Part shown: positions 59,681 to 64,000 of the stretch, piece by piece
Layout of the letters: each line of letters opens with the position of its first letter
How positions within the stretch are numbered: position 1 is the stretch's first letter
Source: Orbicella franksi
Taxonomy: Eukaryota
Assembly: GCA_964199315.1 (NCBI GenBank)
Contig: OZ116698.1
Location: 34,286,001 to 34,350,000 of the forward strand
DNA length: 64,000 bases
Direction: 5' to 3'
Program-made: the position numbers and the translations under genes
The notes under the pieces: generated by a model
Databases searched by the model: none
The model's input: the letters and a program-made list of their open reading frames with translations, nothing else
Told to the model about the DNA's origin: nothing

Positions 59681-62600
59681 AGATGTAGATTTTTTTTATA
59701 TCGTTTGCTGTATTCTTGCTTTTCGCGAATCGAGAGAGTTCGTATTGAAAGGGGGTGTGTTGGGTTATGGTGTAAAATATGGCCTGTATTTTTAAGTTAC
59801 TCACACGTAGCATGATAAACATAAACCGCTTATAGACTGTTTTGGTTCGGTCGGAAGGGAAAATATTTCTCCTTGATGAAAACTCAGACACTGACGGTTT
59901 GTGGACCATGACCTCGAACCAAATATTTTCTTCTTCGGGACTTGCGTGTGTGATTAATTCGCTTTCTTTGACGAGCCCGCCGCATCTTAATTCCACAGGA
60001 AAAATACGCCGCAAGAGTGTTAATTGTGCAAGTTGGGTATAAAGTTCAAGAGCAAACGACAGACGCTTGGCTTTTAATTCCACTTACGGAGCGGAACTCA
60101 TGGAAAGTTGCTATGCCTTGCGGTAACGGCTTGTTAATGGCATTTTTTGAGATTCTTAACGCTCGAGCTTACATAATTGCATAACCCAAATTTCACTCGA
60201 ATCGCGGTCACGAATCAGCTAGCCCCATCGGATCTCTTTCACTTCATTCCCCTGTGTCACTCTCATTTTCCCGTCGCCCTAATTCTCCTAAGTCCATCGG
60301 ATCCTTTTCCCCTCCATTCCCCTACTTCAGATTTCCGTCCCCTCCATTGTTCCTATCCCCATCTTTTAACAATGTCTGTCATCCCTCCTTTTCCTGCTCG
60401 ATTCTTTAAAGCGACTATCGTTCTCAAACCTCAAGGCGGCGACACTTGATAATTGCCCGAAACCAAAATAGTTCAGCCTTCCACAAATATTTATGGAAGA
60501 AAGCTTAGGCGATGAGATTAATGTACTATTTTAAGCATGGTTTGCGTTGCTCATCAAATGACTTCAGATTCATCATAAAAATAAAGCTAGTTTTCCATTT
60601 ATACCTGCGACCAATCGAAAGGTTCCAAAATGTATTAAAAAGAGTCTTTTCTAGGTCATGTTTATTTAGTATTCGGTTTATCCACGGCGTGGGAGGTAAC
60701 TTGTTTTGATCATTACATTAGTAATTTATTTACGTTAAGACTAATAAACTGTAGCAGGCAGATACAAGCAGAATGTCGCCTTTAGATTCACGTACTCTTC
60801 GAGAGCGGAAACACATTTTGGCCCATAGAATTGCTATTCTTTCTAGTGTTTTCTCAGGGACGTTTTTATATATGTTAACCTGTCGAACCTGAAATGTGGA
60901 AGGTTGTAATTTATCTTTGACGAAGGAGGAAATTGTCTCGATGGTCTCCTGTCTCGTTTAGAATATCTTTCTTGCGTGTCTGCCCTTTGGAACGTGCTTA
61001 AAAAGACAATGAAAAAGAAATACAATTCAAACTTTGTCGCGATTTAAAGATAAAGGAATTTTGCGTAGGTTTGTTTCGTAGCCAAGCGAGTCTTTTACTA
61101 ACTTTGTTCAGTTCTTGAAGACTGGAATAAAAAAGTAACCTAGTGTTTTAACCACAATTCAGTTTTTTAATTTAAAATGTGTTACAAGAGTGGAGGCTTT
61201 TCTGCTGGTTTCACATGTGCGAAGCAGCAACTTAAAAAACACTGAAGATAATCGGAGATGAGGCCACCTTAACGCTACCTTACGGTCATATCTGTGGCAC
61301 CGTGCCGCGAAACGAGATAAATGTCGCACATGACTATTGGTACAGTTGGTAAAATAAGAGCTATACACTACAAGACACTGTTTGCATTGGAGGTGAGATG
61401 ATAAATAGCTACTGAGTTATTTACTTTCTACAACTTCTACCTTTCATCAAACGTGAGCCCGTAAAAGCTGAATTACCCTAACCGGCCCCGCCCGTTAGAT
61501 TATACACCACAACCGCCGAATAACAAAAAGTGTTAATGTCTTTTGCATCGAAAAGGATTTGAAAAGCATCCAGATTTAGGCTGACAAGTTTATTCGGCAG
61601 GCGTTAGAGCGGTGTCTTTTACGCTTTGATGAGTCTTTGAGTGAGAGCACCACTCGACACGACATGAAAATGATGTCGGCAGTTTCAGACATTAAACGAC
61701 GTTAATTGCCCCGTTTGTTGTGTTCACTCAGACAGAGATATTCAAGGTATGCTTTCCGTGACGTCAATTTTAATACCAAGTAAAAAGCAAAGCAGGATAA
61801 TACTGCGAGTCAGTCGTTTGGTTTGTTATAACGGAACACAGTGGAGTGCTCGTTGCTAAACATTTGTAAGTGAAGCAAACTGAAGAAAACTGAAGTCAAT
61901 TTTACTGGTAAGTGAGCAGTTAGTGTTTATCGATGTTTATGTTGACTTCAGGGGATTTCACTAACAAATCACTTGCTTCAGAAAGTTTATTTTATTGTAT
62001 ACGATATGCAACGTAAAACTGACTATGAGCCCGTAACTTGGAGATACAGAAGGGATTTCGTCATTGTCTAGGCAGTCTGCGTGGGTTTTCAGGTACCTCA
62101 GTAGAAACATCAAGTCATGGAAGCTAATGAAGTCGTCATGTTTTCTTTGATTGTAACAACAAAATCACATTTTTGCTTCAATGCCACCGCTTGTTGTTGA
62201 CATTAACCAGTTAATTTGATCAGGTCAGTTTCACATTCATGTGTTACATTTTCGCAGGTTGTTTTAGAATTGAAGAGGTTTTACAGAGTTGTCTTTTAAC
62301 TAATTGTGATCTGCTTTCAACAAAGTCTTTCTCGTTTACATATGAACAAGTTTTAGTCAACTAAAATCATCAAACTGCAAACAGAACTTTTCTGATAGAA
62401 TAAAAACAACTGCTGCAGGCTCGGAAAAGAATAAGCATAATGATATTCTTTTGTTTGTTGAAACAATGGGGGCTAATGTTGGCCGCCAGTTTGTTATTTG
62501 TTTTCTTTCCACTGTTGATTTACTTCACTGTTCATCGGTAGCATTTTTTCACGTGTCCGAGACTTTTTCAAAAACGTGCAACAGAGAATCCTTTTCCATC

Positions 62601-64000
62601 GAACTTCGTCTTGGCGTGTTGAGGATAAATGTGTGCTTCAGCAGTTGAGATAACATAGCTCAATTCTATCGGTGATCTTTATCAAGAGTATTACTGACGA
62701 GAGGTCACAACATCTTTTGTAAGAGAGCCCATTATATTAACAAGAGCTTGTTCGTTTTCATTGCTCGTCGTGCTGCAAAAACGGGAACAGATTTTCTTAC
62801 AAACGGGATTGTCCTGGCTCAGAAAATTTGTTTCCTGAAGTTTTGGTTTATTGGCTTCCGCAAACTGAAAAAAAAAAATCAGTTTAAGTCCGCATGGATT
62901 TACTTAAACGAAAATGTCAGGCATTCACTAAGCCTCAATACGATACCGTATTTTGTAAAATGGCGTCATTTATCACTCTGATATGCTGACTGACCATTCT
63001 TGTAATTAAGTCCATTACGGGCTTGGATGGAGGTCAAGAACAACAAAAAAAATAAGCAAATAAAGACATCCAGTCTCTGAGACTAGCCAAAGCTTGACAA
63101 TATTCTGGAAACTATTGGCTGACAAAGAAGGACGAATAAGCCATATACGCTATGGGGCATCCCAGCAGCAGCAAAACACAGCAAAGTAATTCAGTCAGAG
63201 GTCCATCCGGCATAGACTTATTGACGACTCAGTGAGTACGCGAGTCGATTCACCGCACGATGTGGCGCAGTTTGCTTCACACAGTCTAAATCCGTAGGGT
63301 GTATTTCGAGTTTATCTCCCGAAAAACATTTTAGTCTCGAGTTGCTCTTTGAGAAATATCTAAAAAGACAAGTCCCAATTAGGCTAATCTGCAAAGATCT
63401 ACAAAAAATGCGTTATATTAAGAGCTTCTTAAAAGAGGAAACAAAGAATCAGGTGAAAGTTGGAGAGAAACATATAGAAGTCTAGTTATAAACAGAACAA
63501 AACCCCAACGGACGTGTTGCAGTCGAGGTGATGTATCTGTCCATTTGATCAGGGTTGGGTCTACACTCGATAACATCAAGCTCCGCCGCAAAAACAATGA
63601 AGGATACAGTATCGGCCCGGCTCAGCGGTCCACACGACATCAGATCAACAACATGGATGGATGGCTTTCCACTAAAAAAAACGTTGAATGCTTCAACAGG
63701 TTTACATCAGAGAAATTAAATTTAATTGTTATGTAATGTTATGTAAGGGATGGTAACTTGGTTATTAAATACCCTGGTGCGAAGAAATCAAAATGGCCGC
63801 TTGCTACCGCGTTTATAAACTTGCGTATTAGTTACATTCTCGATAATTCTTTCCAAATCGTGCACCACAAAACATTTTGTTCTGTTTTTGCCCTAGGCTA
63901 TCGAGCATTTAACTGAAGCATGAAATTACATTACAATTTCAGGCTTACAGACCATAGATAACCCTGGGTCAAATCACCAACAATAGTGTAAGAAAGGGCA

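Noticed and set aside
62200-62700. Possible decayed minus-strand coding region
   Set aside because: Multiple stops in all frames and no recognisable motif.

Overview
Eukaryotic, AT-rich animal genomic DNA, most likely a cnidarian such as a stony coral (inferred from the channel type and repeat landscape, not verified). Three parts. (1) 4.4-5.5 kb: a 3-exon minus-strand gene for the molybdopterin synthase small subunit (MOCS2A), missed by the ORF track. A second ATG sits 1 nt after its stop, suggesting the bicistronic MOCS2A/B arrangement; I could not find MOCS2B exons in the window. (2) 5.7-18 kb: a dense transposon cluster. Its core is a 7.6-kb Tigger/pogo DNA transposon (DD32D, 9638-17256) that carries a second, divergently oriented, still-open HIRAN-domain ORF inside its TIRs. 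A Gypsy LTR element is inserted in the transposase, a LINE 3' tail is inserted in the Gypsy integrase, and a Penelope fragment with a hammerhead ribozyme duplicated 25 bp of the right terminus. (3) 25.5-59.2 kb: a complete four-domain voltage-gated Na channel gene of the Nav2 type (DEEA filter), reconstructed exon by exon with consistent phases (about 1823 or 1908 aa). It has two candidate alternative first exons, two U12 minor introns (one GT-AG, one AT-AC), a candidate 45-nt cassette exon in DIII S3-S4, and a Penelope/hammerhead/foldback nest in the last intron. No rRNA, tRNA or CRISPR array was seen. The best candidate for an undescribed system is the two-gene pogo + HIRAN element. All assignments come from manual reading; no searches were run.
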